NCBI GenBank assembly: GCA_040954595.2
Contig: CM082584.2
Coordinates: forward strand, 5,646,110 to 5,710,109
From: Balanoglossus misakiensis
Taxonomy: Eukaryota > Animalia > Hemichordata
Length of the DNA stretch: 64,000 bases
Direction: 5' to 3'
Shown here: piece by piece, positions 1 through 13,955 of the stretch
Numbering within the stretch: the first letter of the stretch is position 1
Layout: each line of letters begins with the position of its first letter
Notes under the pieces: model-generated
Seen by the model: the letters and a program-made list of their open reading frames with translations, nothing else
The model's database searches: none
What the model was told of the DNA's origin: nothing
Translations under genes and position numbers: made by a program

Positions 1-220
1 CTATCCAGCAACATTGTATTTGTAGCTTCAATCATTTCACCACATTGTCGTTATGCTGGTAATGCCACATCATGTGTATATAGTACAGTGTCATATACGT
101 GTAGTTCTAGCATATACACCAACCAAATGTGATGAGAAAAGCTTGTCAAAATTCTAATACATCCGTAAACAAATGAGTACACACATTTTCACAACTTACA
201 CAGAAAAAAAAGAACTTTAC

Positions 221-274
221 CATATTTTCAGGGGTGAGAGTAAAAGGAAAGACCCCCTTACCCCTGAAAATATG
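221..274. repeat. 15-bp perfect inverted repeat (fold-back/MITE relic)
   Basis: catattttcaggggt (221-235) pairs with acccctgaaaatatg (260-274), 24-nt spacer. Confidence 0.7.
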
Positions 275-3200
275 AAAGCTTTCTCATATTTTTATGTGCT
301 GCACTTTCAAAGAGTATTTTCATTGTAAATTAGAACTTAGTCTTAATTTTGCAAAACATTTAAATCGACCGTAATAATAGTCATGTAACTCCTTGATATT
401 CCTCCCCAGAAGTAGTTCATTCCAGTCAGTTTCAATGGTGTGGGTGTATGACAAAATGAACGGGGGTGGGGAGGGGGCTATAAGCAGAAGGCAGTATCAG
501 ATTCTTGGAAATGCAATCTCTGGAGTATAACGTGCACATGCATAGTTTCCACTCGAAAACTAATCATCCCTCATTATGATTAATTATGCCTTTGTCTCTT
601 ATCAAGGTTTTCCATAATTGCTGCCTTCATAAATCATGACAATGGCTCTTAATTTGAATATGAATTGAATTACCATAGCAATGAATTAGAATTTACAAAG
701 GATTGATTATAACTGCATGAAAATGGTTTTAATCAGTTTCCGTGTGTGCAATATAACAAATATGCATTGGGATGTTCTTCTGGGAGAGTCTGCTAAGGAG
801 GTCTAATTAGTATATGATAAAAAATAATCTGACATGGCCACATCATAGTAGACTAGTAGCATTTCCACAGCATCTGTGTGTGTGTAATTCTCTCGTATTC
901 CACATCGTATGAACTTTCACATAGAAACATTATAAACGTGGTGCCAGGATTATTTGCAAAATGTCATATAAATCATAGCAGATATGCATACGGATCCTGA
1001 AACGTACGCCATATTGTTGATTACCAAAGTATGCTGCAGTATACAATGTACTGTATTACACCCTGGTATTTCTTAGCGCAGTCCATATTCAGGTATTCAG
1101 TTGCTGTTGGCTGAAAAGAAAAAAAAAAGAACTGAAGAGGGATCAAAATGACTTATATAAGACCTATGTATATTTTCATTTTACAAAAACAGCAAAACCT
1201 GTATATAATCATTTCTTTGAATGAAACACAATGTGATCCTTGTCCGACATAAGCTTCAAAAAAAGGTTTCAGGTTAATTAGTAATTAATTTAACCAACGT
1301 ATTTGTGCGTCACTTCTGTTTTGTGGGCGACCTTTTCATTCCCATCAAAAACGAAAATTACACATTACGTAAAATGTGTAAATCTGTATTTTTTGAAAAA
1401 AATGTACTGGACAATAAAGAATGGTCGGATATTTTGAAAATAATCATTGGTTCCTAAAATTCTCATATTTTTAATTATCAACAGTTCAGCTGCAATTTCA
1501 TTCGCCATCACCATTATCACAACATTAAGCTTTGAAATACAGTTCATAATCCACCTTAACATTTTGGTGTTGGGAGTAAAACTGAACTCATCAGTCGATA
1601 AAATCTGACAGTTTTCAATTTTGGAAGAACCGATCGGCTAATAAGATAATGTCTTACAGGAGAACGTTGCGCAGACACCGACAGCGGCCATCGACATATC
1701 CCGATAGGTTTGTCCTTTTTTATATTTTATTACTGTGTGTGTACCTCAGGATGCCATGGCGATTCTATCAACATGCCAAGTGTATGACATCATAGTCTGT
1801 AATAGAGACAATAGAATGGTTGAACCGTGGAAACAGTTTTTGTTTGCTTGTACCAGAGCGAGTTCAGAGGAAGATAGTGACTGGTACAACATAACTGTTC
1901 TCCATGACCTCATAGTGTATCCAGATTAGCATCGTGAACTTTGGAGTGTGTAGACCCGACAAACAACGGTCAGAGAGAAATAAATTCATGGTAAACGAGT
2001 ATTACCGGGTAATCTTTAAACTTCCAACAACAACCAGATTATGGTTGAGTTACAGTACTCAAAAGGTCAATGTATACATAATTGTAAACACTAGGTTTTT
2101 CAAAAATCGGGTAAATTTTTGAAAAGTTCAGTAATCATTCCCCAGGTGCAACTAACCACTATTAACCACACAATCACAAATGCTACTAACTATATCATCT
2201 TAACGTTTCCGTACTGGAAAGTCTGGTATTTTCAAATCTGAAAAAGAATGAGAATTGGAGTTCACCTTCAAATCGACAATGCAACATTTTCCAAGAGTCA
2301 GTAACAGACTCGCAACCGTTTTGAATTTCAAATATGATCTTTTCGTATGAGTTGATTCTGTATCAGTAAATCCTAAAGTTTTACTAGTGACCCCCCTCTA
2401 AGTTTATTTTGATGGTTGGTTTTCAAAATGCTCCTGGTGGTTTCCTTGAGCTACTTGTGAGAAAACACCACCATTGAGTATATTTTTGTGAAGAGGGTAT
2501 ATACTTGGGTGTTTAAAAATGGAACCATCCGGTAAGTATTTGGTAGATAACAGTGCAATTGTTTATAATTGTACTGATATCAGCTTTTCCCTCAGAGTTT
2601 GAAATGTTTGTGATGATAGGAATTACTCAAGACTCCAAGAAAGATGCATTGATTTTAAGAATGGTTTGTGTGTATAGGTTTTTAATGTTATATTTCTTTC
2701 TTAGTCTTGTCAGCTGTGGTTGACAGCAAATCCCACTTCTCTGAAATAAGTCTGTATTTTACATGAATTCTATTTTCTTGGAATGTCAGAGACTGTCTCA
2801 GATTAATATTGCAGGAGTTTCAGAAATTATATTTATTCAGATAAAAAAATCCCTTCCCAAGGCCCCTTCTATGAAAAGTTCAAAAGCAAAACATTTATAA
2901 CCAACAAAAAATTACTTGTATGTGACAGATGCAATTTGCCTGTGGGCTAATAGTGCACTGAATGGCAAATAAATGATCAAAAGTAGTAACATATGGTACA
3001 TTGATCACATCAAAAATGTGTCTTTGTAAATTTAGGGACAAGAATATTATTGTTACTGATCTGCAAAGATTAGAAAAATATACTTTTGGTCCACAATAAG
3101 TGTAAATGCATTGGACATCTGAGACAGTTCTTTAATTTTTATATGTGTATAACTGTAACAATTTTTACCCTGCCCTGCAGAAGGGAGACAGACTGCAAGA

Positions 3201-3441
3201 GTTATTGGTTTGACATTACAGTGTACATTTTGAATGGTGAATTAACATTTCTTTATACACCAATGTCTCGTACATGTACTGACTGTAAGCTAAGCTTACG
3301 TCAGTGTGTGCTGCAAGATACAGCTGTCGTTCCTCTGAGTATATATTCAAATGTTCAGTGTAATAAAATTATCACATGATGCTCAGACAACATCATGATT
3401 TGTAGTCTGATCAAAGAATCACTGCAAAATGATCCGTATTG

Positions 3442-3464
3442 TGATGATGATGATGATGATGATG
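3442..3464. repeat. (GAT)n microsatellite
   Basis: About 7 GAT units in an intron. Confidence 0.9.
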
Positions 3465-3639
3465 CTAACTATGATATTGATGGATGCAATGCTCCCTTGC
3501 GGTGTCATCGATATTATCCTATAAAGAGAGAGCTAGCACCATCCCTCAGACTACAAATCGTGATGTTACCCCTCACTGTCATGTGATGTTATTTTAAATG
3601 ACGGTGACTCTAAACGTTATTTATTGTTGATATTTACAG

Positions 3640-3854
3640 GTTGTGATAAAGTCGGCATCAATCCCAAAGTGAACAACATGAATCAGGGATACGATGCGTC
3701 CAAGTACGAACTCATCATGGTCAGTGACTCTGGCTGCCAAGCCAATAATGATACGTTGTACGACATGGTAACCCACATGACTGAGAACGTGGGACTGGTT
3801 CATCAGATGCCTTACGTCTTGCCCAGGAAAGGATTTGCCAGCATTGTGGAATCG
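3640..3854 (+). CDS. UGCG: Ceramide glucosyltransferase, internal exon (upstream exons lie outside the window)
   Basis: tttacAG|GT...TCG|GTaaga. Encodes GCDKVGINPKVNNMNQGYDASKYELIMVSDSG...TENVGLVHQMPYV...GFASIVES, matching the UGCG GINPK(I/V)NN and DSG motifs. Confidence 0.95.
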
Positions 3855-5087
3855 GTAAGAAATATTACTTCAGATATCCTGAATTCCAGTCACTGAGATG
3901 CAGTTTAATACATTCAGGTCTGTGCTTTTACATTATAGTCTAGAAAGCGCGACAAAGTTAGTTAAGTATGGCAAAGTTCACATTGTAGCAAACCACAGTA
4001 AAGTGTATGGAATTTGTTAATTTTTTTACTATCGATTAGTGAACTGAGCAGGTGCAGATGTTGACTACAGTATTATAAATTCCACAGACCGACCTCATGG
4101 TGTGTGCGTTTGCCCACAAACTTTCTGAATATTCCAAACTCACTTCTCACCTGAAAAGATGTGACTAATAAAAGTGGATTGCTTTAATTTTGAATCACGC
4201 AGTTGTCAGTTGTTTATCACGGGTTCTGAGATTACATCCTTCGGTCAGCATCACAGGTGTGTGTAATCCATCCGCCATCAGATCCGTGTTTCAGAGATTA
4301 CCGGGTACATGTAGTTGGTTCCTGCAGTTGCTCAGTCACTATTTATGTGTGTTTATACACACAGTAACGCCTTCATGACATCATTCGATGTAGGTGTGGC
4401 ATATCCTTATGCCTGCACATTTACACTTGGGGGACATAAAAGAAAAAACTCGTATGTATTAAAAACTGAGTCATTGTTTTCACCTGATATGACCGTGGCG
4501 CCAATCCGTTTGTTTGCTTTCACTACTCAACAGGTGGTGGTACGACTCATTTGTTGCGGTTTGGTGTGCCGACCTTGGGAGTCCTTGACTCATACACAAG
4601 AGAATGTTGATACCTTTTTCTTTGAGTTTGTCCGAATTCACAACCTGTGAAATGACAGTTGCTTTGATCTTTGATAGAATCCATCTACACACATTGCCAC
4701 GGTCGGTCATACACCGCTTTTAAAGATGAAGCTATCAAAAAAACAGGGGGGAAAAACATGTTGATGACATTGGTTTTCAGGGCTACGGTATATAGAAACT
4801 ACATACCAAGGTGTCCATGTCAAGATAGCCTTCATTTGTTGACTCAGGAAATGAACCTAACCTAGAATATATGCACACACCGCACATAGAAACGAAAATA
4901 ATAACATCGGTGAATAGTGTAAATCCACTGGTATCCTTACAGATTTCTTTAAATATTTAAAGGTCTTTGTAATTTTAATGAGTATTTCTCAAGGCTAGAA
5001 GTAATACTTGTGTACACATCCCATTCATATGCTGTGATACTTTACAAAGGTGTTTTAGAAAGTACTTGTCTCCAAGGACATGTTTAA

Positions 5088-6232
5088 AGAGGAACGACAC
5101 CCACAATTTTGGGCTTCAAAGTCCAAACCGGGTGTCAAAAACGGCAACGTTCCGATGGGTTAATTCACTTTCACTTCCTGCGCAAGCAGAAGACGCGAGT
5201 TGAAAATACTACTGTGACGTCAGCAACTTGCGTTGCAGTCGACGCGCAGGGCTCTTACACGTTCGACGTGTCATTTCCAATAAACAGACACATTTTGCGC
5301 GGATCTGACATGGCGAAATGTCAAGTTCATGACTTTAAAAACATATTCGGAAAATCGACGGGGATAAGTTTCTTTCAAAGGCAATGCTCTACGTGTATTG
5401 TATTTGTCGATGCGTGCAGACATAGACCCTGCAATGTCCAAGATGCCATGCATGTCGACGTTTATGAACAAACCGTAAGGCCTATACAAAGTTGTTCTAA
5501 CTGCCGCTGATAATAATAAACGTACCGTTTTAAATCCTTCCTGCACGTTTTTTGGTACACGTATTTGGGTTTAATTTCCATTTATTGACGATCGCATAGT
5601 TATCAAATGAAAGCAACTAAAAAGGGCAGTTTTAATACATTTCAAGAGACGAAACATGCATAGAATAACTATGGTATTGGCTTCCATTATACTACGGACG
5701 TACTACACCTGGAGAGCAGGACGATGCACCTTCGTTCTCTTCAACTCCATAAAAGGTGACAAAGTATTTTTGTAAGAAAAGTGGTTCGAAAAGGTGACAA
5801 CGAGGGAGAGACAACAAGGGAGTTTCACCCATGGAGTGTCTATGGTTTCACTGAAACCACACCAAGTGTAAGCCTTGACAAACGGGACACATCGGAGATC
5901 AGAACTGCATGAACTTTTGTCCTCTGTAAAATTCAGTCGCTTGGTCGTAGAAGGGAATCTCTGGTTCAAAATTGTAGCCTACTACCCGAGAATATGTTGC
6001 CATGCTAACGTCGTCGGTCGCGTGAGTGCAGGCGTGTATAAGCATAGGCTCGCTCCAACGCGTCGGCAGCGGACAACAGTTGCTGACGTCACTCACTTCC
6101 GGGTTCGCGCAGTTTTTGGCTGGCTGTAGCTCTGTTATGCGTAAGTGAAAGTGAATGAAACCAACGTTTTTCATAGTACTTTTTAATCGCATTTCGCCGA
6201 ATTGGCTCAAAAACGGATCACAACGTTCCACT
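5088..6232. mobile_element. Kolobok-like non-autonomous/decayed DNA transposon in a UGCG intron
   Basis: TTAA|AGAGGAACG ... CGTTCCACT|TTAA (8/9 TIR match, TTAA TSD, AG..CT ends). The interior is CpG-richer than the flanks. Confidence 0.6.
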
Positions 6233-6747
6233 TTAATTTCTGGTCTATAATCCTCAGTTTTGCCGAATGGCATAGTGAATAAATTCTAATCATACAACAG
6301 GGAACTGGAAATTTCTGAATAATATTATCTGATGTGTAAATCTTTTGGATGATACCTAATCTAATACCAGTCAATGTTTGAACGATGATGTCATGTATTT
6401 TAGCCAGGTCAGAATTCGAAGAAGCTCACTCGGACAACAGACATAACCAATAGAGGTATGGGATCCAAACAACAGTGGAATGGTATCCCAGGTGGAAACA
6501 ATGTTTAGCAGTAAAACACATGTTGATTATTAATGTGACTCACTGCATCCGGGTAATCAATTGATTGGTTCCTGATCAGAATCCTGCTGCAGGTTCACAG
6601 TACATGCACATTTTGTTGACATTACGTCTGTTTCTCTAGAGTATCATGATTTGGTATCTAGGTTATAGATCCCATTTTTCAGGTTTATAAGGTCACAGCC
6701 TTCATATCCTTGTGGGTCTCCGAGATCGTCACCAATTAATTTAATAG

Positions 6748-6875
6748 ATCAATCAATCAATCAAACAATCAATTAATCAATCAATTAAGGAATCAATCAA
6801 TTATCAATCAATCAAACAAACAAACAAACAAACAAATAAACAAACAATGAATTTTATTAATTAATCAATCAATCA
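6748..6875. repeat. (ATCA)n/(AAAC)n degenerate microsatellite
   Basis: Directly visible. Confidence 0.9.
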
Positions 6876-7288
6876 TCTACTAGAATTTTATCGTGATAGG
6901 GATTTTGTGAGATACCCATGAATGTTGTATCCGTGTCAGTGTCCTGTTGTAGAAATGGGGTCATAACGAACGATGAAACTAGAATTAGGTCAGACTGACT
7001 GCCTGCCGGTTACCAAGGTAGCATGATCAGGCCAGATTTACAAGAAGAAAATCTTGTGATCCAACAAAATAGTGTTAAAAAGTCTTAGTATTGGGTACCA
7101 TACATAACTGATTAACCATAAGGGCATGTGAATAGGAGAAGTGGTGGTGTAGCTAAGCGTCACGTAGTTCACGTGGTTATGACCATTGAGAGAGCTCACC
7201 TCTCCATGACCCTTGCACACACCCAGTGGAATGCAGTAAGATATTTTCACTTGCGATAATCTGATTCTGTTACTGCAGTTTGAATTAA

Positions 7289-7373
7289 CCCTTTCACCCC
7301 CAGTTCCTTCTATAGAGGTCCAACTTTACCATAGAAAACAATGGCGTTGGAACGAACCATGGTGATAAAAGGG
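7289..7373. mobile_element. piggyBac-like MITE (85 bp)
   Basis: TTAA|CCCTTT...AAAGGG|TTAA. Related copies at about 20589-20680 and 26376-26443. Confidence 0.8.
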
Positions 7374-7472
7374 TTAAATCAGATCGAGCTGCTTTGTTTC
7401 AGAAAGATGACATTGAATGCATCATCAAATAAACTGTGAATTTTATTTTTTTGGGTGTTGTGTACTTGACAG

Positions 7473-7651
7473 GTATATTTTGGTGGCAGCCATGCCCGGA
7501 TGTATCTGAGCTCCAACGCTGTCGGCATCAACTGTGTGACTGGGATGTCAAGTATGATGAGAAAGTCCATCTTAGAAGATGCTGGGGGAATGAGTGAATT
7601 TGGGAAGTACATAGCAGAAGATTATTTTATGGGCAAGGCTTGTCTTGACAG
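7473..7651 (+). CDS. UGCG: UGCG internal exon (missed by ORF track)
   Basis: ttgacAG|GTA...GACAG|GTaagg. Encodes [60 protein letters not shown], with the conserved CVTGMS and YIAEDYFM motifs. Phases fit both neighbours. Confidence 0.95.
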
Positions 7652-7798
7652 GTAAGGCTGATGCCAGTTGCTTGTACATGTAGTCAAGATTTGTTTTGCA
7701 GTGGCCTGAATATCTATGAGTATGTGAACCCCAGACAACAGTCAGAATGCCATATTCAAGTGTGAAATCTATGGAAAATTTTCAGCAGAGAATCATTA

Positions 7799-7893
7799 TA
7801 CAGTCAAACCTGTCATAGTGGCCAGTCAAGGGACTTTCCTAAACTCATTTATTAGACTGGTGGCCTTAATAGACAGGTCAATTAATGCACAGT
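7799..7893. mobile_element. pogo/Tc1-type MITE, 5' half
   Basis: TA|CAGTCAAACCTGTC start, similar to 15499-15592. Confidence 0.6.
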
Positions 7894-9440
7894 ATAACAA
7901 AGCAGTAAATATATACAAGTTTCCACTATTATTATAGTTATAAACTTTATTTCAGACTACGCTGTCCATATGATATCAGAAGGAAAGTACAGATAATTGT
8001 ACTTTAGAGAATAAATAAGCTATTCAGTTCCAGTTTGACCATTGCACAAGGTCTAGGTTAAGGTTCTTGTTCAATAATTACACTGTGTATATAGAAATGG
8101 CTACTGGTTTGGCCAGCTTAGTTGGCATCCTTGAAACTCGTGCATACAGATTCAGATTAATATATTCACTCCGAAAATGCCATTGTCCCACAGAAATTGT
8201 TTCCATTGTACTTTATTTCTCGAATATCAAAGTGGTGCTTATTATCCGTTGCGTGATGCTTTTCCTGTGTTTTGTACTGAAAACTTGCATAAACATGTCC
8301 TGTATTATGAGTGCACATAAAATGCGGGAGGCCCTGCGAATTGTATTCTGGTCAATGTCGCACAACAATGTTCGGTCGATAGTCTGCGAGACAGTCGACT
8401 GTGCAAACTTTGGCATTATAAAATTGAATGGATTCACGGCCCATTGTGTTGGCAGCTTTTGATGCATAACATCATTTCAAAAACACCACATTGTGATTTC
8501 TAAGGGCAGGAATGGGCAATTAAATTTCCCGAGTATGTAATCATTCAGTGCACCATGTCAATAATATTGTCCAAGTTGAATAATAGTATAAAAAAAAACC
8601 CAGATTTTATCTTTTATTTACATCTTGACCTTTTCACCCGAACGATCTCTTCCAATGGTTTCACTGCAAACCAGCATTAACAGTTAGTGTCTGACCGTAG
8701 CAACACCTCTGTAGCAAAAGTGGGGTAAATAACCTGATGTTTTTCATATACATTTATCCCCTTGTTTATTGATCAGTGTATGAAAGTTGTATTGTGAGGG
8801 TTATCTACCATAGAAGCTGATCAGGCCCATTGCATTCTAAGTCTACTACACCTTGAACCGAATAACTTAACCATTGCACTTGAACCTGGCAATGCAACTT
8901 GGGATTGGAATGAAAGAGTCTGTGTTGTCAGGTCATATCCACGATACTAAGTATCTTTGTTAGGGAAAAAAGAAACCAACAACACCTTAATCGTATGGAT
9001 CAAGGCCATACTGTTACTGGGCATGTTCTGTTGATAAAAACACCGTTATTTAACGACTGTTGCTAGGGTGATAAATATTACCGCCAAATACACTGAGTCG
9101 GTAGCAACAATTTCCATTCAATATCAATTTTACAGGATATACGTGTGTTTCTGTGATACAAGGGCTATTCTTGAGCAAAGGGAAATTAATGCGTGAAATC
9201 AATGCGACTTCAAAAGAAAAATATGAAAGGAATTGTTTGATATCAAGTGAATATAAATGAATTGTCTGAGTCATCATTTTCAGACATCATACATGTATAT
9301 GATACAATATGATAATAACATCATATAAGATATATAGTTAGTGCCCCTCAGTGGTCAAATGGAAGTCAAAAACGTGAGGCAGGCTTCAATGGGTTAGAGT
9401 ACAAACAAGGATCCGCTTCCAGAAGTTAATGTTAAAATCA

Positions 9441-9487
9441 TTTATTCAACGTTTCGATCCTTCACAGAGGACCTTCATCAGGAATCA
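9441..9487 (-). ncRNA. Minimal type I hammerhead ribozyme motif (Penelope-like element relic)
   Basis: Minus strand reads AUUC-CUGAUGA-A-GGUCCU-cuguga-AGGAUC-GAAA-CG-UU-GAAU-AAA: both core boxes, 6-bp stem II, 4-bp stem I and a palindromic loopless stem III. Confidence 0.7.
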
Positions 9488-12144
9488 AAAATGAACAAAA
9501 ATACAGTAGACAAAATAGTAAAATAGGGGCCTAGGTTTGTCAATAGGTCAGTCCAACTACAGTTAGTGCTTCTCGATGGTAAATATCTGATTAGCAATAT
9601 CTGATCACAAAAGCACATGCGCCCTGCTGTTTATTATCAGACCCAAACAAAATGATTATCGTAAGAAAGTTCAGAAACTGAAAGTGCTTTTTTTTATAAC
9701 TGTAAATAATTGATAGTGTGAAATGAAAGCGTGACAAGTTGATTAAACAAATTTTGATATCAACCACGATTAATGAACAATTTCTAATAAGAAGTCAACC
9801 ATACAAGTAGATATGACAAACCATGTGTGATGTTAAAGGCATATTGGGTTCTGACAAGAACCGTGTGATACACAGTGACCATATATCACTGAAACTAACT
9901 GCATCTAGACATCAAAGTCCACAACTACTAAGGATGCATTAAAAGCCAGAGAAATACCCTGTCTTTTGTGAATACCCTGACTTTTATTCCTTCTGATCAA
10001 ACTGCAGACAACCCTAAGTGTTAATGTACCGGTAAACGTAAAGGCCATTATCTGGTAAAAATAGCCACCCACTTTCCCCCATATGTCATTGTTATTTTGG
10101 ACGAAAATATTTTTTTCTTCTACAAACTGTTTTTGGATTCATCTGTAGGTATAACTAAAAACCTATCCATAAAGTATATTCAATTTGTATGTAATTTGAA
10201 TGGAAAACCAAGGACTAGATAATTGAAAATTTTCCATTATCTCATTACTGTCAGTACAGTACATTAAATGAAACCACTCAGTCTGAACAACCCACACAGA
10301 CAAATTATTTTTTTACTCTCCCCTGTCCATTACCATCTGTGCATCAGTGGTCATATTTACCGTATGGTGATCAATGTCGTGCAAAAGACAGCTCTACATT
10401 TGACATTTTCCATCATGGAAAGGTCACTACTAATGGCGGGTAGAATAGTTCAGGCGTTATCAGAGTTCAGAACATGCTACTGACTATGAATACTGATTCT
10501 GAATAAGTTAACCATGAAGCCATCGATCTAGAAATTGCGTGTGATATCTATAAACCGATCATGTATTTTTCATTTGGATTGAGTGCCTTCATTTTAGAAG
10601 TGCAATAAAATAAAGGTTGAACAGGTTAGAGTCTCAGTAACTTTAAGTGTTTTACCTTCTGGAAAATTTACCCGGGATTCAGTATGCGAGGAAAAGCATG
10701 TATTTTCAAATTGTTTTATGTTGGGCGTGACATTGGCTGCAGTTTTGTATCCTGAGACTAATCTTTCTGTATGTACATGGCTTGTCAAAAATGCTTTTAA
10801 TGTTATGAAATGATAACATTTATGATATCCATTATACTCCCGTACAAAATGAAATAGTAGAACAGATGTTGGTAGTATGGTAGCACCTGGTATTTATTTC
10901 GGCAGTCTTCCCTCTAAGTATGGTAGCAATAATTTTGGTTCCTTTGAGGACAATCAACAGTTGGTGATTGATACATGTGCAATAAAATGTTGTTTTTTGC
11001 TTTGATTACTCATAACCATGGCAATTTAACTGAGAGACGGCAGCCTTTATTTTCAACCATAGCTGTTATAAATTTGATCTTCTGGATACTGATTGTAAAA
11101 TGCCAATAATTATAATTGTAAGCTTCTTTTAGTCTAGTCAGAAAAAAATGAAATTATCAAATTGTATAAGTTAGAATATTCTAAATCAGATTATACCAGT
11201 ACTTTTCCATGTTCATGTGTTGTCTGTGCGATTAAACCACAGATAAAAATAGTAGACATAGTCTTTTGTACCTCGACTGAGTTTTTCTCCCTGGTAATTG
11301 AAGTAAAGAATTTTTCTCAAAGACTAGTGGATCCCTTAATAGTGGGGTTAACCCTACAAGCATAATGACCATAGACATACTGGCTAGCATGAGTAAGTAA
11401 ATGCCGGCATTGCATGATGACAGATAGGAAAAGACTGCTTATAGAGTGCCAGTGTACAGGCTTATGTACTGCTGCCCTAAATCTGTTCGTTGCCACAAAA
11501 CAGTACACAATAAGGTCTTTGTCATGTGTGGGTATTAAAGCCGTTTCTTGATTTATGAATGAGGTGTGTTCAATCACATGGAGTGGTACCATGGTAACAG
11601 TGTAATTTTTTTGTTTGCTCTCAGAGGTGTGACTCACAGTCAAGTCTTTGGTCATTGGGAAACATTTTTTTCCTCAAGTAGATTAGCTTCAGGAATGTTT
11701 GTGTACATGTACACGTATATTCAGTAAACAAATTTACAATAGAGACAGACAAACACACAAACAAACAGACAGACAGAAGCCAGGTTCACATCAGTCAACC
11801 CCACTGAAATTTTAGCGTCATAAAAAAACTGTCCTTAGATTTGGTCCACGTCCGCACATACTGGTACATGAATTTGGGCCGACTCAGATTTGAGATTTGT
11901 GACATCTGACCTGTCTAAGTTCAAATGCGACAGCATTGGTCCTGACGTCTATGGAACCCTCAATTCTTCATTCCCTTGGCCATCATGTTATATGCCATCT
12001 TATCTCTGGATGTTCCATCCATGAGGTTTTTAATATTTTTGTCGTTCCCTGCGGATATGAGGCATTTTGTCTCCTCCATATGATTTTGCAAAGTCACATC
12101 TTAAATTTAAAACTCTTTTTTTTTCTCTTTATTTATTTTTGCAG

Positions 12145-12231
12145 AGGGTTCAAAGTGAAAGTTGGATCACTGTTTGCTCTACAGAATTCAGGGACATATT
12201 CCCTGAAGAGGTTTAAATCCAGAATGGCAAG
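12145..12231 (+). CDS. UGCG: UGCG internal exon
   Basis: Polypyrimidine tract, gcAG|...GCAAG|GTaaga. Encodes GFKVKVGSLFALQNSGTYSLKRFKSRMAR (QNSG motif and first part of RxxRW). Confidence 0.93.
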
Positions 12232-12605
12232 GTAAGAAAAGAAAACAGGGTTTTCACCATCTTGTTTTCACAAAAATCACCCCTTCAATTTTTCTCCATA
12301 GAGTTAGTATAGAGATTGGCGGCCATTTTGAATTTCAAATTTGAAACAATTTGACTCTCTTGTTCAATTGTTCTCAATTGTAAGAGAGAATAATCCAAAG
12401 TTACCTTGAGCAAAATGTGAGAAAAGGTTTACGACTAATTTTTCGAGGCATGTACTTGTGACATAACTACGAAGAATCATGCATCAGTACGTGTCGTGTC
12501 ATATTGGCAGAGAGGACACGCTTTTTTAATACACAAGAGGGGAATGGGCCGCATCTTATTTACTGTGGTATTAATATTGTTTGTATTGATTGTGTTTATT
12601 TACAG

Positions 12606-12795
12606 ATGGTGCAAACTTCGGATAAGAACACTACCACATTTGATAATATTAGAACCACTAACTGAATGTTTAGCACTGGGTGCATACACAGCATGGGGTG
12701 TTTCCCATCTGTTCCATGTCCATCCGTTAGTATTCTTCCTCTGTCACTCGCTTGTCTGGTTTCTGTTAGACTACATACAACTCAGAGGAGTTCAG
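12606..12795 (+). CDS. UGCG: UGCG internal exon
   Basis: tacAG|ATGG...CAG|GTaaga. Encodes WCKLRIRTLPHLIILEPLTECL...FFLCHSLVWFLLDYIQLRGVQ and completes the RxxRW motif. Confidence 0.95.
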
Positions 12796-12945
12796 GTAAG
12801 AATCACACAGTCTTCTACCAATAATTTGTCCTCTGCAATCCAGTCGACAAATCCCACACTTTTAGTATAAAAACACAGTGGCACATGTTGAAACGAAGAA
12901 TTCCAGTGAAAAGTGGGGTGCTGTCGCTGTTAGGTCAGTGATGGA

Positions 12946-12967
12946 CCCCCCCCCCCCCCCCCCCCCC
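12946..12967. repeat. C22 homopolymer
   Basis: Directly visible. Confidence 0.9.
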
Positions 12968-13063
12968 AGTGGCTAAGATTCAATGTAACAACCATGCTAT
13001 ATACACATTTGAAGTGCTATAGACTGTTTTCAGTAATTTATACCACAGTGGTATAGCCAACCT

Positions 13064-13236
13064 TAGACTCTCTCACAGCCCACGGTTCGCTATAAGGCTC
13101 TTGCACTAACGCGCCCTCAACCGATTAGCAGAGAAGAAGCACCATATGGTGTTGTGTAGCGAACCTCTCGCTGGGGAACACATGCAATCAGACCTTAAGC
13201 CTGCAAGGATGGCGAGAGGGGCTGTGAGAGAGTCTA
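13064..13236. mobile_element. MITE with TAGACTCTCTCACAGCCC TIR and 9-bp TSD
   Basis: Perfect 18-bp TIR. agccaacct flanks both sides (13055-13063 and 13237-13245). Confidence 0.9.
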
Positions 13237-13955
13237 AGCCAACCTGAACCACTGGTATCTAAGTTAAAGTTATCTCAGTGAGAGATTTTAGTGAGAAATC
13301 TGATATACAGGGAAATTTATTACTTTCAGGAACAATTGAAGTTCAATACCTTGCACTAATAAAGCTGTCAGATGTGCACACACTGTCAAGCATTCACCTC
13401 TAGATATATGGATACCAGCAATTTAAAGCAACCCAAACACTCATGTGTAACCATGTCAACAGTATGGTCCCAGTGCCCCCTTAATCCCATGCTGTTTCTG
13501 ACATGTACAAACATGATCATGTATAACCATTAATGCAGAAGACTTCCGTAAATATAAAAGGGTGACACCTGAGCTAAAATACTTTAAGAAAATTGATATT
13601 TCATGCTAAAAATTAAAAATTAAAATGGATATTTTATGCTGGTGTATGTGATCGTCTGTATCTGAATACATGTAGCATCAATACAGAGTGACTTGATGAA
13701 GCCAAAGTGTGTCTGAGATAGCAGTTGTCAACCTTTAGATAAACCTGGACACTGTACTGGTTGTACTTCCTGGTCTGTGGGATTCAATGCTTTTAACAAC
13801 ACCTGCCTGTGTTATTCGTGTGTTGGCCACAAGCCAACCTACCATCAGCAATTATCATGGATATCTTAGTAAAAGATAAATTGCTACTGAAATATGTCAT
13901 GGTTTATACCTCTGCATGTGGATATTAACTGCATTTGTGTTTCGTCAACTTTCAG

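Noticed and set aside
3395-3586. Asp-rich ORF
   Set aside because: The poly-Asp comes from an intronic (GAT)n repeat.
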